Source: Vicugna vicugna
Taxonomy: Eukaryota
NCBI GenBank assembly: GCA_013265495.1
Contig: MU060965.1
Location: forward strand, 620,001-684,000
DNA length: 64,000 bases
Direction of reading: 5' to 3'
Positions 1 to 11,453 of the stretch are shown piece by piece. The notes beneath the pieces are model-generated. The model saw nothing but the letters and a program-made list of their open reading frames with translations. It was not told where the DNA came from and searched no databases. Position 1 is the first letter of the stretch, and every line of letters starts with the position of its first letter. The translations under genes were made by a program, and so were the position numbers.

Positions 1-399
1 GCCCATCAGCTCGGAAACCCCGAGGTTGGCCCTAGGCAGCATCTCCAGGCTTCGGGGGCAGGCGGCAGGCTGCGGGAGGAGCAAGCCCGCAGCGTCCTCT
101 CGGGTGCTGAAGCGTGAGACCCTGCCCACGGAGCCCCGACTGCGAGCGTGGGTTCCTGCATGTCCCGGGAATCCACCCCGCAGAAATACTCACGCGTAAG
201 CCCAGAGTTTTACATAGAACCGTGTAGCAGCGCTGTATTTGCAAGATGTCGCAGACGGTCACACTGCCCTGGAAGCCCCATCACCTCCGTGTGGGGCGGC
301 ACTGCATGCTCTGGGGTCCTCGGCCCCTCCCTCGCCTCCAGGGGCCTGACGCTGGCCTTGAGGGTCCGTCTGTGCTGAGCCCTGCCCTTCTGCTTCCAG

Positions 400-489
400 C
401 TGGTGGCAGCCATCGTGTTCATCAGCTTCGGGGTGGTGGCCACCTTCTGCTGCGCCATCGTGGACGGCGTGTTTGCTGCTCAGCACATC
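400..489 (+). CDS. TMEM255B: TMEM255B coding exon (90 nt, TM segment)
   Basis: ttccag|CTGGTG...CACATC|gtgagt; [30 protein letters not shown]. Confidence 0.96.
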
Positions 490-3400
490 GTGAGTTTCCC
501 TCACTCTTCCTGATATTGGTCTCAGTTACTTTGGGTTTTAGAAAATCTGCAGAGTTAAGTTTCCTTTTGCAGGCGCAGCTCAGCACTCCCACTGTCTGTC
601 TCCCCACTGGTGTTGGCCGACCGCGGTCTTGTCCCTCCTGCCCCTCGCTTCCTCCCGGGCTGACCCGGCTCTCCCCACCGCCCCCGCCTGCAGCCCCAGC
701 ACATCATTGGAGCCAAAGTCCTCAACGCCCCACCGACTCTCCTCAAGTCTCTTTAAATCAACAATCTGCTGCCCTATGACTTCCCAGGTTTTTAGCTCAA
801 ATGCATCTTTCAGGAGGAGTGGCAGAATCTTCTGCCTCCGTGGCACCTGACGGCGTGGAAGTCTGGGCGGACGAGCCTGGCAGTGGATCTTTGAACGTGA
901 GCCACATCGGACGCTTGTGGCTTGGACCTGTGGGGCCCCCTCGGCCTCGGCACAGATCACATAACGCAATATTAAATTGCGTTAAAATCAGCCAAGGCAG
1001 CCAGCCGAAGGAAAAATGCAAAACCCGTTGTCAGACCGCATTGGATGTGTCCGGATCCCTTTTCTGTGTTTGTGGAAGTTCTGTTGCACGGTCAGGAAGC
1101 GGTCCTTCAAGTTCCAGTCAGGCAAGTCCGAGAGCATCAGTTGGAGTGCAGTGCAGCGGCCGTCCTCATCAGAAGCACCGAAGCGCTTGCCTGACCATCA
1201 GCCCCGTTTCCCTTGAAGTGAGCCAGCCCTGGTCACGTGCAGTGGTGCTTCCTGCATTCGTCCACCAGTTGGTACCTTCGTCTTAGGACTCAAAGGTGGG
1301 GAGACCGTCGGGTCTGTGCTGGCGCTGCACCTGCTGTCTGCTTGCCAAGGGGTCTTGACCGTCACCCTGTCCCGCTCGAGCCCCCTTCTCAGCCCCCGTT
1401 CCAACGAGGCTGCCACAGTGAAGTCATGGCTACGTTTCCTGAGGAACCTCATTAGGCATTCTATGGCCTTGGACAGAAGTGACTGGGCTGAGATGCAGAC
1501 TCAGTCACGTTCACTGCCCCACCCGCCTCCAAGCTCGTCCACGGGTACAGCAGCGTGTGACCGTGCTGTCGGGGCTTCTGCTGTGGACAGAGTGCTCCCA
1601 TCCCCCAGACTGATGTGTTGAAACCTTACCTCCAGAGAGATGGGTCCTTAACAGGCGATGAGGCCCTGAGGGCGTGGAAGGAGGGATGGATGGATGGAAG
1701 ATGGGTGGGTGGTTGCGGGTGGAGGGATGGAGAGACGTACAAGTAGAGGGATGAATGGATGGGTGGCTGTGGATGGAGGGATGGAAGGATGGGTGAGGGG
1801 TGGATGAACGAATGGAGAGATGGACGAGTGGACGAGTGGATGGATGCACGGAGCAATGAAGAGATGGTGGAGGGTTACGTAGATGGTTGAATGATTAAGC
1901 CATCAGATGGACGATTGGCTGGTTGGATGGATGACGGAGTTACTCTGAAATCCGTCTTGCTCCTTTCCTAGTAGTAAAAAGAGTTTTGCTTTTAGGAAAA
2001 AAGGTAGGAGCCAAGGAGTCTCTCTGGGCTGTGTGTGAGTGCACAGTCGTCTCCCTTCAGCTGCCTTGAAGTTGGGGGAAGACGCGTCCATCCGGCCGCA
2101 GGGCAGGGCGGCTGCTTGCCCATCCTCTGGGCACAGGAGCCCAGCTGCCCAGGGATGAGCCACGTGCTTCCTGCCTCTCGGTCTCCTTCTGGGAGGCTCT
2201 GGTTGGTGCTGGCGTCTCCGCTTTAGACTCAGCGTCTGAAGTCGCCTCTGGCTGCTCTGGATTTGGGGCTGAAACCACTCCATTCCATTTGTGCCTCGTC
2301 TCCAGGAACCCAGGCCCCTCGTGGCGGGAAGGTGTCAGTTTTACTCCAGCGGAGTCGGATACCTGCATGACGTCTACCAGACGGAGGTAAGCAGCGGGGC
2401 TGGTCTGGCTCCGCGACCCGGCGGTCTCTGCCCGTTGACCTCACACACGTGGGTGGCGGGGGTCCTCCTGCCGGTTGCAGAGCGCTGGGGGAGGGAGGAA
2501 GGTGCATGTTTCTGCCCCAGTCTTGCTGCTTTCACATCAAAAGCTGCCCAAACACCTGCACCCCAGTGCCGCAGGTGCCCGAGGGGAGGCCTGCGGGTGG
2601 CTTGGGGTGTGCCGGCTTGGTCCAGTCGTGCTGCCCGGAGCCCTCTCCCTCCCCTTGTCCAGTGAGTGTTGGCCACCTGGCCTCCTGGGGTGGCTGAACC
2701 TAGTCCTCGGACTCCTCCCAGCCCTGCTGCACCCGGTCTGGGGGAGGGAGGGGTGGGTCAGGAGGGGTAGTGGTCTGACTGAGGGGCAGAGTGGCTGGGT
2801 CCCCCCTTCCCCCAAGGGAGGCCTCTGCCCACCTGGAGTGAGGCCGGCGGGGACCTGACGGGTCTCTGCTCGCAGGTCACCTGTCACTCCCTGAGCGGAA
2901 GGTGTCAGCTGAAGGTTAGAAGCAACACCTGCTACTGCTGTGACCTCTACAGCTGTGAGAGGTGAGAGGGGCCTGACGGCTGGGGGAATCAGAACCCTCC
3001 CTGCATTGTCTTTTAAATTTTGTGTTACTAGCTTGAACGCCTACATTAGAACTAGCAGGGAGCTGAATGTTTGCTTCTTGGGGCCCCGTCTCTGAATTGT
3101 GGAAAACTCTGGGGGTCTAGGCTGCACCCCCTCCCTAAGAGCGGGGATCTACCCCGTTTCCACCCCAGTCAGGCTACTGGCAGCTCCTCGTGGCCGGGGC
3201 CATATGATGAGATGCCGTGGTCTAGACCCTGCACAGACCTCCGCAGGCCCAGGCCACGGGGCCAGGATGAGCCTCACTGGGGCTCACCCTCCCGTGTTCC
3301 CTGCCAGGGCGGCCAGGTGGAGAGGGCTCTGCTGTCAGCCTTTCTGCCCTGCTGGCTCTGAGGGCGACCAAGTCAAGGTCTCCCAGGGCCTGTGTTTGGG

Positions 3401-6400
3401 GCAGTCTTTCCTGCTCAGAGGCCTGTGCTCCCTCCCCAGGTGGACACCAAGCTCCCTGGGGACAGCCTTGCCCCGGGTCTTCAGGGTGCGCTCAACAGAC
3501 AGCCCCGTCCCTCCATGGTCAGGGCCCCGGGACTTCTCAGCAAAGGCCTGAGCACCTGGCTGGACACTGTGTCTCTGAGCCACCCTGCTCGCGGGATGCG
3601 TCACCTCAGTGCAGGTGTGGGTGACGCTGCTGTCCCCCCTGCCCCCGCGCAGCACTGAGCACCCTCCCGTCTACTACGAGTTCGTGGGCGTGAGCAGCTG
3701 CCGGGACGTGCTCCACCTGCACCGGCTGCTCTGGGCCTCGTTGGCACTCAACGTCCTGGGCCTGTTCCTGGGCATCGTCACTGCGGCCGTCCTGGGGGCC
3801 TTCAAGGACATGGTGAGTAACGCCCGCCCTGTACTGAGCAGACCAGGCCCACGGCCCCATCACCCTCACTCACAGATGAGGGGACAGGCCGGTGGGGCCC
3901 AGCCTCAGGGCTGTGCGTGGAAGCAGGGCCCTCAGTCCCCTCCCCACCTGAGGCTGGAGCCACTGAAGCCCACGCAGGGGGCACGACTTCAGCCGCAAGG
4001 GGACCTGAGCCTGGCACCCCCATGGCTGTGTCCACATGTGGATTGCCGGGGCCTCCCTCCCTCCCACCCCAAGCTCAGACGACTGTGAGGCCAGCCTCCT
4101 GGGAACGGGCTCCAGAGTCTGGGGCCTCCGGGGAGGGCCAGCTCTGCAGGGCCCAGGCCGGAGGCTGCTCTCGGGCTCTCCGCAGGGCAGTGTCCTCCCC
4201 AGGGACCCGTCTGTTCTGATTTAGGTTCTCACTGGGGCCAGACGCCACCTCCTGCAATGTCACCCTTCCTCCACAGACACCAAGGGGAGCTCACAGCCGC
4301 CCGGTGCCATCCAGCGCTAACGAAAACACAAATGTGTGCAAACACAGCCCCCGCAGGCCAGACCCCAGCCCCGTCTGCAGCTCAGACTGCCATGTGGTGG
4401 CTTGTCACCACAGCCCGGAGGCTCTGGCCATTGGCCACGTTTCTCAGCTTACCGGGAGCCTCCGAGATGTGACATGTTTCTTGAGGGTTCCCTGGCTCCA
4501 GACAAAACCTGAGATGCCACCGAGACCCTAAGCCCCATAACCACAGCCGTCCCGGCCCTCACCGGGCAGTGCAGCCGCTTGGTCGTGGGATGTCTTTACA
4601 CTCATGAGGGACGAGTGTCCCATCCTTCGAGGACGAGGGCCAGGAAGCCTGGCGTCCGCAGGGCCCCACGGTGCATCTGCAGAATCCCCCGGGGTGGGGG
4701 CTTTCCTGCTGTGGCCATGTCAGAGCTTTGCCCCTGGCAGATTATAGGAGAGCGAGGTTAGACCAGACTGACTCGCAGTGTGTCTGGTGAGCGTCCTGCC
4801 GGCCTGCGAGCTGGGGTAGAGGTTGTTGGCCTGTCCCCGGGGATGGCGGTCAGCCCAGTGGGTTTCCGGAAGCAGCTCCAGAGCCCACTGAGGTTATGAT
4901 AACCTTGCTGGAGTGTTCTCTCGGGAAGGTAGTAATATCCTGGGAAGGCCCTGGTCACACAGGCAGGACATGGAGTTCTGTAGACTCTGGACAACCTCCT
5001 TCCACGAACCCAAAGCTCTGGGGTGTTGTAAGAAGCAAGGCGGGTGATTCCTTAAAGCAACTTTAATGGACCTTATAATTTAGGAATTATCTTAAGGGAT
5101 GAAGACACTTCACTGACCACCCAAAGCCCTCGGCACTGAGGGCCGGGAGGGCCGGTCACAGACAGCTCATCCTGAGGGGAGCGGGGGAGCCTCGGGTCTG
5201 CAGAGGGTCTCCCGGGGCGGGGTTGCTCCAGCATCGTGACAACACTTACAGACACCTGGCTTAAACTCAGCTGAAAACCAGTCTGAGTGAGGAAGGGTCT
5301 GCATTGGCCTCGGGTATAAGAAGGCAGGTGGGAAGTCCTGCTGGCCCAGCCGGGGTCACATCGCAGTCACGGGGGCTCAGGGGTGACAAGGTGGACAGGC
5401 GGTCATGCCAGACTGGGCAGACGCGGGACGGGAGGCTGGGGGTGGGGTCCAGCGTCCCCCTCGGAGTGGCCGTAGTGTCCCGGAATGAGGCTGCCTCGTG
5501 GGAGACCCCAACCCCTGTCCCCCCGGGACCCTGAAAGGCTGAGTAGGGCTAGGCGGCTCCTCTCTGGCCCTGACCCTCGACCCTCACCAGCCCTCTCAGC
5601 CCCAGCCCCCAGGCTCTCCCCTGTGGCCGGGAGGCCCCCAGCCACGCCTTGGACCCTGACGGCTCTCTGTGGCCTTGGGGCGCGGCTGCGGGCTGAGCCG
5701 GCTGGGTCAGGGCATGTGCAGCTGGCGCTCGGCTCTGCTCGTTGGCGAATAAGGTGTCAGGGCGTTGCGGTGGCTGAGCTTGGGCTCTGCCTCAAGTTCT
5801 CCGTCCTGTGTCCCTGCTGCTGAGCCATCGGCTCCCTCCTTGGAGTTCGACTGACTCCTCGATGCAGTTCAGCGACAGGCAGGCCTCGTGCTGAGCTCCT
5901 GGTAGGAGGGCCTGGCTGGCGGGGCAGCTCTGGGGGCTCCCTGCTCCCCCTGCCCCTGCAGGTCCAGCCTCCCCACTGCCCAGCCCAGCCCTCAGCCGGC
6001 TCTGGTCACCTCCAGTGCTGCGATGAGCTTTCAGACCCTCTGCCCCTGCTGTGTGGCCCCTCCCCGGATCCACGGTGCCTGCCCCATGGCAGTCAGGCGG
6101 GAACCCGGTTCGTGCTCTTAGGGAAGGGTATGCCTCTGGTCTGGGAACCCTGAGGCCCCCAGGGGAGTGACTGGCCTCCCTCGGGGGAGGAGTCTGTCCC
6201 ACGGCCCGTCCTCCCCCGGGGCTGGGTGAGCAGCCGAATCAGGCCCAGGTCCCGATTTCCCCTGGGGAGTCAGAGCCTCCCGTGAACTGATGGGAGCAGG
6301 AATTTGGGAAGTTCTGGTCTCGTCCGTGCTTCTCCAGAAATCCCTGCAACCAGAGTTCTCCCTCACAGCTGGGCCACGGGAGCACCTGTGGGGAGGGGCC

Positions 6401-9400
6401 CCCAAAGCCAGCCCCTTCCTCGTGGCAGCTGCGTGGGGACCCCACGACACAGGCCCCTGCAGTGGAGGGGCTGGGGTCTTCCTGCTCTTTCAGAAAAAGC
6501 ACCAAGAGAGCCTGGCCTAGGGTGGCGGGTCCCTGGGACAAAAAACCGAGAAAACGAAAAGCGGGACTGAGCCCCCTTTTAGGGAGAGAGCCTGGCTGAG
6601 GACTCGGGACCCAGAAGGACGGCGGCTGGGGGATGAGTTTCTCAGAGAGGGGTCGGGTGGAGGGGCGCACGCCTGGGAGGGTCGGCTGACGCGTCTCCAC
6701 CCTCCTGGCAGGTCCCTCTGTCCCAGCAGGCCTGTGGCCCGCCTGCACTGCCCCAGATGCTCTACAACCCCGCCCAGCAGGTCCTGGTCTACTCCGGCTT
6801 CTGCCCTGCGCCCGCAGCCCTCCCCACCTGCTCATCCTTCCCGCTGCCTCTCCAGGTAGGCTGAGCGTCTCCGGACTGAAGCCGCTGCTCACGTCATGGG
6901 CAGTGGTCACTTAGCCGTCGGACAGGGTGCAGGGGTGGAGGTGCAGCTCTGGCTGAAGGTCAGGGGGCCTGTGGCTTCCCCTCCTGATGTAACAGGGCAG
7001 TGCAGTTGGCTTGCACCAGCAAAGGGTTCGGGACAGTCTAAGGGGACGTGGAGGGTGACCCCAGGCCCCTTGCCTGGACGTCCAACAGCTCTCTGGGGCA
7101 TTTGGGGCATCCTTTGCTCTGTGTGGCCCTGGTGACCCAGCCAGCCCACAGAGGTTCCTGTCCAGAGTGAGTGAGCCACCCACCCACCCACCCATCACCG
7201 ACACTGGAACACTTGCACAATGCTGGCCTTGGGGCTGCTGTGGGAAAGGGGGCATTTGGAGGCCAAACCTTGTTTATAGAGCAGTGCCCCCGGCCCACCC
7301 TCCCGCTGCCGGCACACCCCCGTTGAGATGACAGACATGTCCCCAGCTGTCGCCTATGTCCTCGGAGGCAGAGGTTAACCTGTCTTGGCCCCCGTGTTGA
7401 GGGCGACCTGGTGGACCTCCTCTGGGGTCTGTGTCGATGACAGTAGTGGTCAGCGACCAGTCCTGGGAATTCCTGCTACCAAGGTGTGGGAGGGGCTTTG
7501 CTTCTGCCCTTGGGCGGGCGGGGGCTAGGGGATGAACGAGGGGATGCCCAGACCCCGGCTGTGTGTTGTGAGGTCACATGCCTTCATTTGTTTGGGGGGC
7601 CAGCGCCCAGAGAGTGACATTGGCAGGACGTGACACCAGCTCAGGACCGGTGGCTGTACAGGATGGGTCTGTCTGGGGTGGATTCGAGGGGGGCTGAGGT
7701 GAAGGGACTGCCGTGTGCGCCTGTTGCCTCATCTCTGTGCCCCCTCTGACTTGGAGGAGCCCGCAGACCCACCCCAGCTCACCCCTGGGTCAGTGAGGTC
7801 CGACGGCGCGTGTGGCTGGAAGGGGGTGTGGGGTCTCTGGACCTCAGGAAGTGGGGGTGCGGCATGTTAAGAAAGTCTGCAGGTCACGTCCTGCCGAGGA
7901 CGGACAAGCCGGGGAGAGTTCAGCGACGACCTTATCTCCCTGTGGGATTGCCCGTCCCCTCCTCTGTGCCCAGCTCCTTCTACTTGCCTTGAGAATGAAG
8001 CTGGTGGCTATGCACCCAGGGCGTTGGGGGCCTTGGAATTCATAGAGGAGGCTGGGACACAGCCTGAGGTCAATGCCACGCCTGTGCGGAGAGGTGGCTC
8101 ACAGGATGTGCTGTGGGAGGCCTCCACCGGCCATCGCGGGTTGACCAGTTAGCCAGTCGCCATCCTGCCCTGCAGGGTGGGTCCTGAGTCTGGGCATGAG
8201 AGGCCCCTGTGAGCCTGGTCTCCACTGGAGAGAGGCCTGGCTCCAGACCTGGGAAGGGACTATCCAGGGGTCAGGAAATGAGCTGGTTGCTGGCGCCCCC
8301 TGGTGGCGTCACTCCTGAGGGCGGGCACGCCCTGGAGTCACGGGGCACAGCTTTCCCAACACCCAGGCCATACCTGCAGCCCCCGCCTTGCCCAGAAGTG
8401 TCACCCGCATCCCACCTCTGGGCGTCCTCCCTGGTCCCCATCACAGGAAGGATTGCGTCATCTGGGCTGTGTCCTGTGTCCTGGGGGCTCTGCTTGGCCA
8501 TCCTCATCTGCTTAGTTTGCAAACCTGGAATGTGAGACCCACAGCTGTAGGGAGCGCTGGACCCTCGGCTGGTTGGCCACCTGTGGTCACAAACCCAAGC
8601 TTGAAAATGCAGTCAGGGAGGGACACACACTCCCTGCATGCTGGCTGGTCTTGCCACCCCCACGTCCACCTTGAGGTACCACAGCCGCTCCCACACACAG
8701 GAGCTCCCTGACCTGGGAGGGAGGCCATGCTGTGCCAGCATGGCTGGGAGGTGGAGATGACCCCCACAGGGCCCCTCCTCTGGTCTCAGCCCCGACATTC
8801 GGGCTGGGTTGTCACCAGCCTCCTGCAAGCTTGGCCAAAGGGAGGACTGGGGGAGGACAGGACCTCATCCTGCTGGTGCTGGAGGCCGACAGCAGCTGGT
8901 GCTCTGCTCCCTGAGCTCGGGCACTGGGCGGCTTCCTGCTCCTGTCCCCTCAGGGGCTGTGGTCCTTGCAGGAGTACAGGGTGGGGCATGGCCTCCGTCC
9001 ATGCAGCTCAGTGCTGATGAACGGACCACTTTATCCGGTGTTGGACCCCATCCTCATCCACCTTGCAGCCCTGGCTCTTCACAAACAGCAGATGCTCCCC
9101 GTTCTCCCTCCCGAGGAGGCCTGGGCTCCCCTCCCGGGGCCTCATCAGCCTTTACGCCAGTGCACATGTGAGTGTCATTCCACAGACGTCAGTAATCAGA
9201 TTTCCGGGAGATGACAGTCAGGGAGTCTCTGTGTTTCCTGAGAAGAAAAACACAGGTTGATGCTGCTTCTGTTGACCAGCAGAGGAGGCAAGGGGGTGTT
9301 TCAGTGCTCGTCAAAGTCATCAGCAGTGGAGATGCTCTCACATAACAGCAAGCAGCGAGCAGCTACTGGCAGGCTGTTTTGAGCAGTTAGTCAAAAGAGA

Positions 9401-11453
9401 AATCCAGAAGGGAACCCACCTTCCTTGCTCCCAGGGCCACCCGACCAGGACGTGCAGGGAAGGGCTTGGCGCTGATGAGCTTTCAGGAATAGGACATGCT
9501 GACCATCAGCTTGCATCCCGCAGCTAAGGGACCTCAGGCCCTATAACCGAGGGACTTGCTGTCTGTTCCTCTGACGGGGTCGCCTGTGTGGACAGAGCCT
9601 GGTTTGCTCCGTGGTTCCTGGTGGTTTACTCTGTGGTCCGTGGTGGTTTACTCTGTGGTTCCTGGTGGGCTGCCCTGTGGTCCGTGGTGGTTTACTCCAC
9701 GGTTCCTGGTGGCTTACCCCGTGGTTCTTAGTGGGTTGCTCCGTGGCGGTTTACTCTGTGGTTCCTGGTGGTTTATTGTTTCCTGCTGGCTCGCTCTGGC
9801 TCCCACTGGTTTAGTCCATAGTCTAGTGTGCTTTAGTCCCGGTTTTCTCAGCTGCTGTCTCCTGTGAAGCACTGAGCAGACACGTGCTTGGAGGGAGCTG
9901 GGAGCCCCTAGCAGACCTGAGAGGGTATTCTCTAGAGGTTTGCTTTGTCCCCCGAGGTCAGATAAGTGTGAATTTGAGAGAAAGGAAGAAAGAGAGGTGG
10001 GCAGGAGCCCAGGGCCCTTGGACTCCAAAAGCCCCAGCTGTCGAGCCTGAGCTCCAGCTTATGAGAAAAGTCTCCTTTCAGATCCTGAGGTCTGAGGCGT
10101 CTCTGGAGTTGGGGGTGGGGCGGACCGGCCTCCCCAGGACCTGGGTAGCTGGCAGGCGGGCAGCAAAGGAGCCGCACCGTATGGCCACAGACTGGAGCCC
10201 GCACACATGCCTGTGTCCTGTTGTGGGGGGAGCTCGCTTTATTTATTTAATATTGGTTTAAAGCAGGCATTTTTAACCCTTAGAAATTAAGAAATAAAAA
10301 GAAACTTAAGGTTTGTTGACAGGTGGGAAAAAAGCTGGAAATTCCATTGATTTAGAATCTGTGCCACGCCCCAACGTTTCCTTCACCGAATCACGTTTTC
10401 TTGCGTCTACGTGTATTAGTGTGGCTTCTCCAGAGAAACAGCTGACAGGGTGTGTGCGCATAACAGACTCAGACACAGATATGTCTGCAGCTACAGGTGT
10501 CGATGCTACAGACAGAGGCGTACAGGTAGAGAAATGGAGGTAGAGAGAGAGTCAGAAACCTGCAGGGCAGGCCACAGATTGGAGGCCCCTGGAGGAAGGG
10601 ATTTTGCAGATTCGAGTCCCGTCAGTCTGGAGGCAGAACTCTCTGTTCCTCAGGAACCTCAGTCTTTCCCTCTTTGACTGATCAGAGGAGGCCCTCCCAC
10701 AGCGAGGAGGGTGGTCTGCTGATCTTCCTGGTAATCGTGGCTAGAGAACACCCTCAAAGTGACCTCCGGACTGTCTGAGCAAAGATCTGGGCACCGAGGT
10801 CTAGCCAAGTTAATGCGTAAGGTTAACCATCACACTGTGTTGAAAATATTCATGTTCTTGGTTTTTTTCCCTTAAAATATGAAGTGTTGAGTCAACCCAG
10901 GGCCCCTAGCAAGCCGTGCAGCCTTTTCCGCAGACAGGGTTCGCATGACCGTGTCCCGGCATCAGGCCGGTCGATGGCCACCGCATCGAGGGTTGAGACT
11001 GGTGCCCAGCAGGCAAGGCCAGGAGTCAGGGATCTGCAGGGCATTCCTGCAGGTGGTGGATTGGCGTTTGTGCAAAGGGGGCCCCACTGGGCTGAACTGG
11101 GCCCTCCGTCCAGCCCCTGGGATTGCAGGCTGATCAGGGAGCAGGTCCCACTGGGAGGGCCTGGGTCTGGGGAGATTGAGCTGGGGGCGCTCCGCAGGGC
11201 GCTGGTGGCACGCTCCTGGGCTGCACGTGGAAGTGTGTGTGGCTGCCCTCCTGCCGACTGAGGATGCTTCTCTGTTTAATTGCAGCCCTCCAGCGGCCTC
11301 CCGGCCTTGCCCAGCGCTGACCTCTCTATGTCTGAGGACACACGGCCTCCGTCTCAGTCCAGCTCCGGCTGTGGGGGCCCCCCCAGTGTGCCCCCTGTCT
11401 ATGCTGCTGCCCACGTCCTCCTGGGGGAGAAGCCGCCCCCTTATGCACCCTGA
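400..11453 (+). CDS. TMEM255B: Transmembrane protein 255B (FAM70B), 3' part: six coding exons (probably exons 4-9); 5' exons lie upstream of the window
   Basis: Exons 400-489, 2306-2386, 2876-2961, 3653-3812, 6712-6855, 11286-11453 join in frame with AG/GT sites; peptide [49 protein letters not shown]...GEKPPPYAP* matches recalled mammalian TMEM255B; synteny with GAS6. Confidence 0.97.
580..1680 (-). pseudogene. Decayed long ORF nested antisense in TMEM255B intron 4; tentative FAM124-like
   Basis: One frame from 1500 to 583 (about 306 codons) has only 3 stops and contains track ORFs 1198-1452 and 580-969; motifs [39 protein letters not shown] resemble recalled FAM124B. Confidence 0.5.
1680..1935. 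repeat. Degenerate (GGAT/GGAG/TGGA)n simple repeat
   Basis: ggatggatggaagatgggtgggtgg... low-complexity tetranucleotide array. Confidence 0.9.
2306..2386 (+). CDS. TMEM255B: TMEM255B coding exon (81 nt)
   Basis: ctccag|GAACCC...ACGGAG|gtaagc; [27 protein letters not shown]. Confidence 0.96.
2876..2961 (+). CDS. TMEM255B: TMEM255B coding exon (86 nt, Cys-rich loop)
   Basis: cgcag|GTCACC...GAGAG|gtgaga; [28 protein letters not shown](S). Confidence 0.96.
3653..3812 (+). CDS. TMEM255B: TMEM255B coding exon (160 nt, last TM segment)
   Basis: gcgcag|CACTGAG...GACATG|gtgagt; [53 protein letters not shown]. Confidence 0.96.
4773..5270 (-). pseudogene. Candidate fossil exon (498 nt, phase 0-0) antisense in TMEM255B intron 7
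   Basis: ggttttcag|CTGAGT...CTGCGA|gtcagt; 166 codons in one frame with 2 stops; joins track ORFs 5073-5255 and 4758-4994. Confidence 0.4.
6712..6855 (+). CDS. TMEM255B: TMEM255B coding exon (144 nt)
   Basis: tggcag|GTCCCT...CTCCAG|gtaggc; [48 protein letters not shown]. Confidence 0.94.
9595..9790. repeat. Degenerate tandem repeat, about 22-nt unit (GTGGTTCCTGGTGGTTTACTCT-like)
   Basis: About 8 imperfect copies visible. Confidence 0.8.
10412..10834 (-). mobile_element. MLT2-type (ERVL) solo LTR
   Basis: Begins TGTATTAGT...TTCTCCAGAGAAACAG, ends GGTTAACCATCACA, the characteristic MLT2 termini. Confidence 0.85.
11286..11453 (+). CDS. TMEM255B: TMEM255B last coding exon (168 nt incl. TGA)
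   Basis: ttgcag|CCCTCC...GCACCCTGA; [55 protein letters not shown], ends in the PPPY motif. Confidence 0.93.
   Translation, partial: PSSGLPALPSADLSMSEDTRPPSQSSSGCGGPPSVPPVYAAAHVLLGEKPPPYAP

Noticed and set aside
1511-1856. His/Pro/Ser/Ile-rich ORFs
   Set aside because: Translation of the (GGAT)n simple repeat
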